Part shown: positions 28,819 through 37,658 of the stretch, piece by piece
How positions within the stretch are numbered: position 1 is the first letter of the stretch
How the letters are laid out: each line of letters opens with the position of its first letter
Assembly: GCA_048882385.1 (NCBI GenBank)
Contig: JBHLRQ010000007.1
Coordinates: 1-58,172 of the forward strand
Source of the DNA: Candidatus Thorarchaeota archaeon
GTDB taxonomy: Archaea; Asgardarchaeota; Thorarchaeia; Thorarchaeales; Thorarchaeaceae
DNA length: 58,172 nucleotides
Direction of reading: 5' to 3'
Notes under the pieces: model-generated
Database searches by the model: none
Told to the model about the DNA's origin: nothing
What the model saw: the letters and a program-made list of their open reading frames with translations, nothing else
Translations under genes and position numbers: made by a program

Positions 28819-28898
28819 GAGACCGGCTGCTCGCAGCAGCAATCCTCAAACATGGAGCCCATAGGGTTTTTCCATCGTTATCATGGGAACTCGGTCTC
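28819..28898 (-). promoter_or_regulatory. Eukaryote-type (type II-like) SECIS element overlapping the selD stop codon
   Basis: Minus strand reads AUGA-UAACGAUGGA-AA-AA-CCC-UAU-GGG-C-UCCAU-GUU-U-GA-G, i.e. AUGA N10 AA N21 GA. Helix AAC(G)AUGGA/UCCAUGUU; outer stem GAGACCG/CGGUCUC. Confidence 0.85.
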
Positions 28899-29915
28899 GA
28901 TAAATTGAACATCTTGTGCAAGACACGCACAAGGTGATCCTTTAGCTTTCACGACTCTGCCTACAGGCCAACAGGGTAATTTCTTCTCTTCAAGGAATTC
29001 TTGAAACGTTTCTTCCTTCTTCGAATCTAGAAACACAAGCATTCCACCTGCTGTTTCAGCTCCGAAACCACTTGAGAGTTTATGATCAAAATGCTCTGCT
29101 AATTGGAGAGTACCACGAATCACAGGTATCGCATCGATGACAACATCAACTCCACTTAGAGAGCTGACGTTCCCAGCATGACCGAGTATGCCAAATCCTG
29201 TGACATCAGTTGCCGCGTTTACTCCAACCTTTTGCATTGCTTGAGCAACCTCGAGATTACTGAATGTCATGATTCTTACTGCAACATCCTGTATTCGTTT
29301 AAGATTGGCTTCCTTGAACTCAGACAAGAGCGCGTCACGTTTCTCGTCCTTGAGGTCTCTATAGGATCTCATCGCAGATTGGATACCCAATGGTTTTGTC
29401 AGGAGAACCACATCACCGACCTTTGCACCACGTGAGTAGATAATGTCGCGGGGGTGCGCAGTACCAAGTGCAATTCCTCCAAACACAGGTTCAGGATTAT
29501 TGATTGTTTGACCACCTGAGAGCTTTGCATGATGACGTTCCATGAAGTCCTTCATACCTTTGAGGACTCCTACAACAATCTCTTCAGGCAATTGCATAGG
29601 ATATGCGAGAAATGCCTGAAGTGAGAGAAGATTTGTCACACCCATTGCAAAGACATCATTGGTCGCATTACAAGCAACAATCTCGCCCTGAATATGGGGA
29701 TCATCATGGATTGGTGTGAAGATATCCACATTCTCTACAATAGCGACATTATCGTTGATTATGCGGACCACAGCATCATCACCGATTTCCTCGGTTGTGG
29801 TAGAACCTGAAGGAAGTAAGTTCGCTTTTTGTAGAAGACGAGTGAGATCATCCTGTGTGACCTTACAACTTCAGCCGTGAGTATTAACCATTGCAGTCAA
29901 TCGTACTTCAGGCAC
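28881..29915 (-). CDS. selD: Selenophosphate synthetase, selenoprotein (Sec15), 344 aa
   Basis: GTG start at 29915 preceded by AGGAGG. Reads MPEVRLTAMVNTHG-U(TGA 29873-29871)-SCKV..., in frame with the listed ORF. GDDA, DIFTPI, NDVFAMG, GGQT, LTKPLG, TDVTGFG, ETAGG. Confidence 0.95.
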
Positions 29916-30066
29916 CTAGTGACTCAGCCTCCTGTTAACTTTAGGGCAATCATGCCCAACCCATTTCTGTATAGACTGAGTAATAAGATTCTGGGTCAAG
30001 CATACTTCATAAGCCTTATAGCAGGTTTCACGAAGCAGTGCACCGTAATCAGAGAGCGTGATTTAG

Positions 30067-31512
30067 TTGGACATCAAGAAAGTATCAGAGAACATTCACA
30101 AAATATCGGAAGACACGCAACCATGTATGAAAGTCCCAGTAACAGTTTTTGCATCAGATCTACTTGTGCGGAAAATGAAACAAGACAAGACCTTCACACA
30201 AGCCACAAACGCAGCCTGCCTTCCTGGTATTTACAAACATAGCATTGTATTGCCTGATGGCCATCAAGGGTATGGATTCCCCATAGGTGGAGTCGCAGCT
30301 ACCGACTATGAAAGTGGGGTAATATCTCCTGGAGGTGTTGGATATGACATCAACTGTGGTGTTCGAGTACTAAGAACAAATCTTGATGAGAAAGATGTTC
30401 GACCAAAACTCCGAACTCTTATTGATGCTCTCTTTGAAGAAGTTCCAACAGGAGTTGGTCGACAGGGCAGGATAAACCTGCGCGATTTCAGAGGTGTGGA
30501 TGAAGTACTTTCTAATGGTGCCCAGTGGGCTGTCGAGAAAGGATATGGATGGCAAGAAGATCTCAATCATCAAGAAGCCAACGGAAAACTGGATATTGCT
30601 AATCCAGATGATGTACAGGATTCAGCAAAAAGCCGCGGTCTCAAACAGAGTGGTACTCTAGGATCAGGAAATCATTTTCTTGAGATACAACTCGTTGACG
30701 AAATTTATGATGAGCAAGCAGCCAAAGCGATGGGTATAACCAGAGAGAAACAAGTAATGGTGATGATTCATAGTGGGTCAAGAGGTCTCGGTCACCAGGT
30801 CTGTTCCGAGTACATTAAGGTAATGACTCAAGCCATGAGGAAATATAAAATCGACCTACCTGATCGAGAGCTTTGTAGTGCGCCCACAACTTCACCAGAA
30901 GGGCAGTCCTATCTCGGAGCGATGAGTGCAGCGGCAAACTATGCTTTTGCCAACAGACAAGTCATGATGCATTGGACAAGAGAAACATTTGCAAAGGTCA
31001 TGGGACAATCAGCAGAAGATTTGGATATGGGACTCATCTATGATGTGGCTCACAATATGGGGAAGGTAGAGGAGCACGATATTGAGGGAAAGAAAACCAA
31101 AGTAGTTGTCCATCGAAAAGGAGCTACACGCGCATTTCCTCCCAGACATCCCGAAGTTCCGAGTAAGTATCGCAACATTGGACAACCAGTCCTGATACCT
31201 GGAACAATGGGAACAGCATCGTATATTCTGATTGGAAATGAGAAAGGAATGGATTTGACTTGGGGATCAACTGCTCACGGTGCAGGTCGATTCATGAGTA
31301 GATCCAAGGCCAAAAAGCAGTTCTTTGGAAAAGAAGTACAAAGTAAACTCGCTGAAGAAGGAATAATTGTGAGAGCTACCAAGGGTATTGTGATAGCAGA
31401 AGAAGCCCCTGGAGCATACAAGGATGTAGATGAGGTTGTCAAAGTATCAGATGCTGTTGGGATTGCTACCAAGGCAGTGAGATTACGACCCATTGGCGTC
31501 ATCAAGGGTTGA
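30067..31512 (+). CDS. rtcB: tRNA-splicing ligase RtcB
   Basis: PDGHQGYGFPIGG, VGYDINCG, GSGNHFLE, HSGSRG, HRKGATR, HGAGR, EEAPGAYKD. Confidence 0.97.
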   Translation: MDIKKVSENIHKISEDTQPCMKVPVTVFASDLLVRKMKQDKTFTQATNAACLPGIYKHSIVLPDGHQGYGFPIGGVAATDYESGVISPGGVGYDINCGVRVLRTNLDEKDVRPKLRTLIDALFEEVPTGVGRQGRINLRDFRGVDEVLSNGAQWAVEKGYGWQEDLNHQEANGKLDIANPDDVQDSAKSRGLKQSGTLGSGNHFLEIQLVDEIYDEQAAKAMGITREKQVMVMIHSGSRGLGHQVCSEYIKVMTQAMRKYKIDLPDRELCSAPTTSPEGQSYLGAMSAAANYAFANRQVMMHWTRETFAKVMGQSAEDLDMGLIYDVAHNMGKVEEHDIEGKKTKVVVHRKGATRAFPPRHPEVPSKYRNIGQPVLIPGTMGTASYILIGNEKGMDLTWGSTAHGAGRFMSRSKAKKQFFGKEVQSKLAEEGIIVRATKGIVIAEEAPGAYKDVDEVVKVSDAVGIATKAVRLRPIGVIKG

Positions 31513-32430
31513 TTCTTTCAATTTCTCTCGAGCAGCAATATCTGCAAGGACGAGTGCGATTCCAAACAGAATCACAACAAACCCGATGATAGTTGTTACT
31601 TCAGGTATCTGCGTAAAGATTAGGACTGCTAGAAGTGCTGCACCTATTGGTTCGCCGAGTACCGCTGATGAAACCACATACGCAGGAACTTTCGTCAAGA
31701 GATAGTTATTGACAGAATGACCCAATACCGTAGGAAAGATTGCCAATGCAAGGAAGATGGCAACTTCTGCTGGTTCAAAAACAAGGACGCTTAGATTGAA
31801 TGGCACACAAATTGCTAAGGTCGTAATTGCGGCAATCATGTAAACTACGGTAGTATACACTGTGATTGGCATCTCCTTTGCAATTCGCCGCCCACCTATG
31901 AAATACAAAGCCAAAAAGACAGCTCCTGCTAGTGCAAGTAAATCTCCACTTAGCGCCACCAAACCACTGCCTCCGAAATCGCCCCAAGCCAAGAAAACAG
32001 CACCTACCAGAGCTATAAGGATTCCAGCCCACGACCGCCTTCGTAGGGCTTCACCAAGGAAAATCGTTGAAAGAATAGAAGTGAAAATTGGTGAGGAGTC
32101 CACAAGGACCACACTTGCTGCAACTGTTGTCATGAAAAGGGATTGAAACCAAGTGCAGAAGTGAAGTGAGAGAGTTATTCCTATCGCTACAAGCCAATAC
32201 CAATTTTGGCGAATAACTGTGCTCTTGAATGATTTATGATCCTTCCTAGCAAGACCAATTGTTGCCATAAAAATTGCCCCATAGAGTGTTCTCCAAAAGA
32301 CAATCACAAAAGGATGGGAGGAGCTAAACAGGATGAGAATACTGGCGCTGGATACCATCGAAACTGACAGAATAAGTAGAGGAATGATTTGGCGTCTGCT
32401 ACTTGATGGATCGATAAGAGATTCAGTCAT
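31483..32430 (-). CDS. DMT/EamA family transporter
   Basis: About 10 TM segments, two EamA-like repeats, LGEPIGA. Confidence 0.88.
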   Translation of the reverse strand: MTESLIDPSSSRRQIIPLLILSVSMVSSASILILFSSSHPFVIVFWRTLYGAIFMATIGLARKDHKSFKSTVIRQNWYWLVAIGITLSLHFCTWFQSLFMTTVAASVVLVDSSPIFTSILSTIFLGEALRRRSWAGILIALVGAVFLAWGDFGGSGLVALSGDLLALAGAVFLALYFIGGRRIAKEMPITVYTTVVYMIAAITTLAICVPFNLSVLVFEPAEVAIFLALAIFPTVLGHSVNNYLLTKVPAYVVSSAVLGEPIGAALLAVLIFTQIPEVTTIIGFVVILFGIALVLADIAAREKLKESTLDDANGS

Positions 32431-32433
32431 TAT

Positions 32434-32934
32434 CTACACCGATGCATGATGTATACTAAAGCCACATCCAACACATTTCAAGTCTTCATTATCAACTTCA
32501 GCCACATGAGATTCACACGCTGGGCATTCCTGTACGATTAGATTCTCCAAGTTGTGAGAATGCAGGATTCTCACGACATCTTCAAGAGATTCATATTCAA
32601 TCAAAACCTTTCCATCAGCGCCTAGAACCATCTTTGATATGTTTCCAACGTCAGACTCGTAAAACATCAGAATGGGTTTAACAAGTTCTATAGCGAGCAT
32701 GATTTCCATTCCTACACCTAGAGAGGGATTTGAAACCTCTGCAATTACAAAGTCACTCATTCTAAGGTTGTCAACGTCTCTTCGGTAGATTTCATCAGAA
32801 CTCGCAGGACCAAGAAATTGAGGAGCAAAGATATTGTGTCCAAGTTCCTCAATGACCTTTACAACAGTACTACAGAATTCATCTTTTCGTAGACCTTTCT
32901 TTATTATTGGAGCAGACAGATAGACAAGTACCAT
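32434..32934 (-). CDS. Nucleoside 2-deoxyribosyltransferase / RCL-like N-glycosidase with a C-terminal zinc ribbon
   Basis: VYLSAP, IYRRD, SDFVIAEVSNPSLGVGMEI; CPAC...CVGC. Confidence 0.8.
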   Translation of the reverse strand: MVLVYLSAPIIKKGLRKDEFCSTVVKVIEELGHNIFAPQFLGPASSDEIYRRDVDNLRMSDFVIAEVSNPSLGVGMEIMLAIELVKPILMFYESDVGNISKMVLGADGKVLIEYESLEDVVRILHSHNLENLIVQECPACESHVAEVDNEDLKCVGCGFSIHHASV

Positions 32935-32943
32935 GAGATGACC

Positions 32944-33306
32944 TCACATGTCAGAAGCACTAGAGCCTGTAGAAGAACCAAGCTCTTTGATTGATGGAAT
33001 TGTACCATCATCAACAAGTTCTTCATACCTGCCTGACCTACCTAGGGATAGCTGGATGTTTCCACGCCACTCCTTTGCCCAGCCATCAATAATCTTGATC
33101 ACTTTTCCAGCTGAGAGATCAGCACCTTCACCAAATCCCCAGAGTGATAGAATCGCACTAGAACCAGGCTCATCAGACACTAGGACCTCCGTGAGTTGAG
33201 TCTTTTTCCCATACTTGGTCATAATCATCCTAGGTGGTGCGACAGACATAATCCGGACAACGAGCTCTGTCACATTCTTATCGGGTTCTACTTCTGATAG
33301 TTTCAA
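32944..33306 (-). CDS. Single OB-fold ssDNA-binding protein (crenarchaeal SSB/RPA-like)
   Basis: KLSEV...VRIM...SD...LSLWG...GKVIKIIDGWAKEWRGNIQLSLGRSG. Confidence 0.8.
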   Translation of the reverse strand: MKLSEVEPDKNVTELVVRIMSVAPPRMIMTKYGKKTQLTEVLVSDEPGSSAILSLWGFGEGADLSAGKVIKIIDGWAKEWRGNIQLSLGRSGRYEELVDDGTIPSIKELGSSTGSSASDM

Positions 33307-33375
33307 CTGGATTCCCCAAGATTTGCAGAATCAAACAAGCAAATCAGTCTTTCCGAGTGACGAAACAAGACCAAA

Positions 33376-35076
33376 TCATTCATCATTGTCTTCGCTGGTA
33401 GTGGAATCAAAAAGGCGATCTAACTCAGCTATCGTTTCTCCATTTATTGGTAGATGGTCATCACTCTGGTCTTCATCGCTTTTATTTACGTCACCCAAGC
33501 CTCCTACGGACCTGTCTAGAGGACCAAGAAATTTCTCTAGCTCAAGAAGAGATTCTTCGTCAATTTGATCAGTAGCTTCTGTTTCGTCTTCAATTGGAAT
33601 CGCCTCATCGCTACCAATAGCTTCTAGAGCAGTATCTATCTCCTCATCAGACACTTGCTCAATTTCCGCGACAATAATGTCATCTGCTTCAAGAGCTTCG
33701 AAAATTAGGTCTTTTGCCATTTTAATGGCTTCTGAATTTTCAGAAACGACTAGTGGAGGGCCATCTTCAAAGTATGTAGATTCAGCAGGAATAGCCTCTG
33801 GCTTTTGAACTTCTACAAGAGGTTCTTCTTCGGTCTCAATTTCAACAGAAATTTCCTCTGCTTCATCCACATCAATAGTAGAAACCTCAAGTCCTTCAGC
33901 TTCTTCCACCTCAACAGGCGCTATCTCTGTGGGTTCCTCCTCGATGATCAGTTCTTCTTCTATTTCAGGAATCTCGATTTCTTCTTCTTCCTCTTCTACA
34001 ATCTCTTCGATTTCTTCTTCAACAATCTCGTAATCCTCAATATCCTCAATGATTTGTCCATCCTCATCTACATAGATTTCCTCATACTCTTCTTCTTCAG
34101 CTTCTTCTTCCTCTCGCAACTCTTCAATTGCGTCTACTTCTGCAATAGCTTCTTCTGTTGCAGCGTCTGTGAATTTCAAAAGTTCTGAGGCGGGGAGGTC
34201 TGGAAGAGCAACTCCAACGTATTGTGAAGCAGCTGTCATTAGAATTCTAAGCATTTCATCGCGTCGTTCTTTGTCAATAGCCACCATAGGATAGGTCGGA
34301 ATACCGAGAATCTTCTGTACGACCTCGGGTTTCATGGCTGTCGGTTTATCCTGTTTGTTTGCCATGGCAAAAACAGGCACCTTGGGAGCATCGCGTTTAA
34401 TCAGTTTCAGGATATCTTTGCTAATTATTACATTTCTCAGAGTTGAGTCACAAACAAGGAAAATCACATCAGCACCATGGAAGTAGAATCTCCAAAGTGT
34501 ACGGAAACGCTCCTGTCCTGCGAAGTCCCAGAGAACTAGTGAGTAGTTACCAAAACGAATGTTCTCTACTGTTTCAAGATTGAGAGCAATCGTAGGAACA
34601 TATTGTAGAGGGGGGGTGTCTCCAAGTAACAAATGGAGTGTTGTAGTTTTACCAACACCACCTTCTCCAACAAGAGCAATTTTCAGTCTAGTAGTGACTG
34701 AGGGTTCTATTAATGACGGATAAGTTTCCACTACACCTTCAATTCCATGCTTTTTGAATTTCCATCGGAGAGCCTTTAGAGCTTGGTCAATTTTTTCAAA
34801 GACACTCCCTTCATCCTCTCCCTTGTCAGTTACAAATACTAGAACAGAATCTTCAATCCAGTCTTTTCCGAGGAATTTGTGATCTCCAATTATTAATGGT
34901 AGCTCAGCAACCTCATTATGTTCAGATCTCAAGTCTTCTCTTGTTGAGATGAACTCATTTAGTGCATCTTCAGCTACTTTTACTGGCCAGTACTGAGTCC
35001 GAGCAATTATCTGCCGGGTAGATATTCGTACGAGGAAGGTATTATGGATCAATTCAATATCACCAGATTTGTTCAA
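33376..35076 (-). CDS. Arf/Rab-like small GTPase with an N-terminal longin-like region and a long acidic tail
   Basis: GEGGVGKTT, YVPTI, WDFAGQERFRTLWRFYF, NKQD; about 260 C-terminal residues are very Glu-rich. Confidence 0.88.
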   Translation of the reverse strand: MNKSGDIELIHNTFLVRISTRQIIARTQYWPVKVAEDALNEFISTREDLRSEHNEVAELPLIIGDHKFLGKDWIEDSVLVFVTDKGEDEGSVFEKIDQALKALRWKFKKHGIEGVVETYPSLIEPSVTTRLKIALVGEGGVGKTTTLHLLLGDTPPLQYVPTIALNLETVENIRFGNYSLVLWDFAGQERFRTLWRFYFHGADVIFLVCDSTLRNVIISKDILKLIKRDAPKVPVFAMANKQDKPTAMKPEVVQKILGIPTYPMVAIDKERRDEMLRILMTAASQYVGVALPDLPASELLKFTDAATEEAIAEVDAIEELREEEEAEEEEYEEIYVDEDGQIIEDIEDYEIVEEEIEEIVEEEEEEIEIPEIEEELIIEEEPTEIAPVEVEEAEGLEVSTIDVDEAEEISVEIETEEEPLVEVQKPEAIPAESTYFEDGPPLVVSENSEAIKMAKDLIFEALEADDIIVAEIEQVSDEEIDTALEAIGSDEAIPIEDETEATDQIDEESLLELEKFLGPLDRSVGGLGDVNKSDEDQSDDHLPINGETIAELDRLFDSTTSEDNDE

Positions 35077-35192
35077 GTGTAGATTTCAGTTTCGCAGGCC
35101 GAGTCACTATTGAATTAAGCCTTTAGGAATAGATTAAGTTGTTCCGTGTGTGTATTTTGATGTTCTTTGTACAAAGTATTCTAATGAAATAG

Positions 35193-35385
35193 AAAAATGT
35201 TGGAGCGGGGGCTCGCCAAGGCGAACCTTCCGCATCCGTGGAGCTCTTTCCAACAGGATGCATGGAAAATCAATTACATGCGCAAGACTTGCCCACCTAG
35301 GGCAAATAGGGACCTAGAAACTCACTTTGGGACCGTGTTTGAGTTCCTGACGGGGGAAGCCATGCAAACCTGTCAGTAAGATTTC
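35193..35385 (-). ncRNA. Candidate ~190 nt multi-hairpin non-coding RNA
   Basis: GC-rich island containing at least 5 stems; ends in a T5 tract on the minus strand; TTCATA-like box at 35410-35415. Confidence 0.55.
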
Positions 35386-35579
35386 ACAAGCTCGAACCGC
35401 AAAATACCATATGAAGCTTTCTAGGTTTTTAGTTGAACTATATCTTCTGAAATAATCGCAGAAACATCTAGAGTACGTTGTGGAAATCGCATTAGGTTTA
35501 GGAAACAAACAAACCTTCCGCAACTCTTCTATCACAGTGAACCAAATGAGTTAACCCAAATTGCGAGATGAAATCTGAA

Positions 35580-36719
35580 TTATCTTGGGAAGTTGTCTCG
35601 CAGCAATCGTAAATGGTGATGCACCATTTCCATTTGTTTCGGATCGTCAGGAGTCTTTTCGAGATCTGTTACAAGTGTCTGCAAGAAGTATTCTGGGAAG
35701 AATAATCGTACACGTATGTCGTTCAGTAAGAATAACCACTTGTCATACTCGCCAGAAGCACCTTTTCTTCTCTTCTCGGATATAATTCGGAATTTCTTGA
35801 GAGTTTGAATTGCTTGCTTTAGTTCCTTTGGAGGAATTGCTAGAGTTGCTTCTAATTCAGATATGTTGACAGGTCTTCTCCTCAGTTCACTAAGGGTGTC
35901 ATAACAGTCCGGATCAGCTAGCACTTGAGCAACAGATACAGTGTCTTCAGGCGTCTTTTGCCATTCAGTGAGAAACTCAAGAACCTCAGCTTTGTATTCT
36001 GCAGCCAGTTCAGGATCAAGAACACTACTTGCGGATTCCATCGCCATTAGTGGGGGAGCCCGGAAAACCTCCAGGTCTTTGATCATGAAAACACAAGTCC
36101 GGCCAATCTCGTCAACCCACTCAGTCTTCACAAGTCCGAGTTCTTCGAATGGAGACATGATTGAATCAACACTGACACTCGGTAAACCTGTGACCATTTT
36201 GAGCCATTCTTCGAGTTCTTCCTTAGAGATACCACCTTTCCATAGTTTTGGAAATACAGCACGAGAAACCTCATCTGAGAATAATCTAGCAAGACGAGAT
36301 TCATCTGTCATTCCTGCAAGGCGAATGATTCGACGATAGGTATTATCGAGTTCGGTCTGCAGTTCAGCGTCAGTCATGGCCACGACAGCATTAGTAAGTG
36401 GAGTGACCACAGAGGTAATTGCAGCCTCGTAGGTCTTTGGATCCTCAGAGGTTGTAAGCAGGAGTGATACGCAATACTGTTCCTCTTCTCTTACGATTCC
36501 CGTATAATAGGACGCAACACTATACTCCTCGCCTCCAATTCGTACACTCAATGATGAGAATCCAGCAGTGGCGTCTCCCATGGCGTGTGACGTGAAGATA
36601 CGCATAATTTCTGTATTGAGATCTTCTCTATAATAGTCTGCAAAGTCCCCAGGCACCTTTGCCTTTAAGACAGCTCCTATCTTTGAGTCCCAGTCTATCA
36701 GCAACATCGCTACGGGCAT
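35580..36719 (-). CDS. Longin/uDENN-like domain plus tandem winged-helix protein
   Basis: N-terminal LLIDWDSKIGAVL resembles the F/WDxxxG start of uDENN/NPR2-type longin domains; two wHTH-like segments (ISKEELEEWL...FEELGLV; ISELEATL...LKKFRII). Confidence 0.6.
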   Translation of the reverse strand: MPVAMLLIDWDSKIGAVLKAKVPGDFADYYREDLNTEIMRIFTSHAMGDATAGFSSLSVRIGGEEYSVASYYTGIVREEEQYCVSLLLTTSEDPKTYEAAITSVVTPLTNAVVAMTDAELQTELDNTYRRIIRLAGMTDESRLARLFSDEVSRAVFPKLWKGGISKEELEEWLKMVTGLPSVSVDSIMSPFEELGLVKTEWVDEIGRTCVFMIKDLEVFRAPPLMAMESASSVLDPELAAEYKAEVLEFLTEWQKTPEDTVSVAQVLADPDCYDTLSELRRRPVNISELEATLAIPPKELKQAIQTLKKFRIISEKRRKGASGEYDKWLFLLNDIRVRLFFPEYFLQTLVTDLEKTPDDPKQMEMVHHHLRLLRDNFPR

Positions 36720-36869
36720 TTTACTTCTCTCCCAGTCCCTAAGGGTAGGTCGTGTAAAGCCAGATTATATTACGGTGCAGAGAGCCAGCCTAAAAAACCT
36801 TGTCTTATTTGGATTCGAGAATGAGAAATTTCGACAAATTCAGCGCTTTTTAGATGAGGTTTTCGGCTT

Positions 36870-37556
36870 TCAGAGAGCCTCTGATTCACTAGTTTTCATG
36901 AAATTCATGATGATTTTGAATATCTGTTCAATAACTTGGTCAAGTGGATTTGTGGAATCAATCAATTCGTACGTGGCAGAGTCATTTTCGAGCATCTCGA
37001 GGTATGCCTTTCGGACCTTGACAAGTCTGTCAAGTCTTTCAAACTGGAGATCTGCGACTTTTCCAGTCCTAGCAATCGTGCGTTCCAGACCAATCTCTGC
37101 AGGCACATCAAGAATGAACACGATGTCCGGTTCAGGAGCAGATAATTCGTCACGGTTTTTCGCAAGAATCTTACTCCAATGGAGGTCTAACACTGTTGAC
37201 TGATAAGCTCCTGATGCAAAGAAGTAGCGGTCCATTAGTACTATCTTTCCATCCTTAAGTGCTGGGAGAATCCTATTGGCAATGTGCCACTCTCGATCTC
37301 TGGAATAGAGCTCAAGTTCTTCCTCTGGAGAGAGCTCGCCTCTCGGAGACCTCTCTTTAATCTCCAAGCCCCATTTACTCTCATGTGTGGGTTCTCTGAG
37401 ACGGATTACATCGTATCCTGCAGATTCTAGTCTCTTTTCTAGCTCCTTGCAAGCACATGTCTTACCGGACCCATCTATCCCTTCAAGAACAAAGAGAAAA
37501 CCATTGTATTCCTTAGAAGTTGTTTCAGTCAAGTAGGATTTCTCCTGAACACACAA
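36870..37556 (-). CDS. tmk: Thymidylate kinase
   Basis: LEGIDGSGKT, REPT, DR..H, MDRYF.S..AYQ, PDIVFILD. Confidence 0.93.
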   Translation of the reverse strand: MCVQEKSYLTETTSKEYNGFLFVLEGIDGSGKTCACKELEKRLESAGYDVIRLREPTHESKWGLEIKERSPRGELSPEEELELYSRDREWHIANRILPALKDGKIVLMDRYFFASGAYQSTVLDLHWSKILAKNRDELSAPEPDIVFILDVPAEIGLERTIARTGKVADLQFERLDRLVKVRKAYLEMLENDSATYELIDSTNPLDQVIEQIFKIIMNFMKTSESEAL

Positions 37557-37658
37557 ACGAGATTTCTCAAACTCAAACTTGTATTAGATGCTTCGGTTCA
37601 TTCTCTGTGTGGGAATGCTTAAAAACAAATGACATCGTAGGTTAACTTATCCTAGGAT

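Noticed and set aside
30067-31512. Intein in RtcB
   Set aside because: The 481-aa length is standard and no intein motifs are present.
35369-35385. Resemblance of AUCUUACUGACAGG (minus strand) to the 5' end of U1 snRNA
   Set aside because: Short gapped match, with no U1 stem-loop sequences or clear Sm site; compatible with chance.
35197-35535. Short ORFs 35197-35379 (+) and 35314-35535 (-)
   Set aside because: No motifs or RBS; the dense stems fit an RNA better than a coding sequence.
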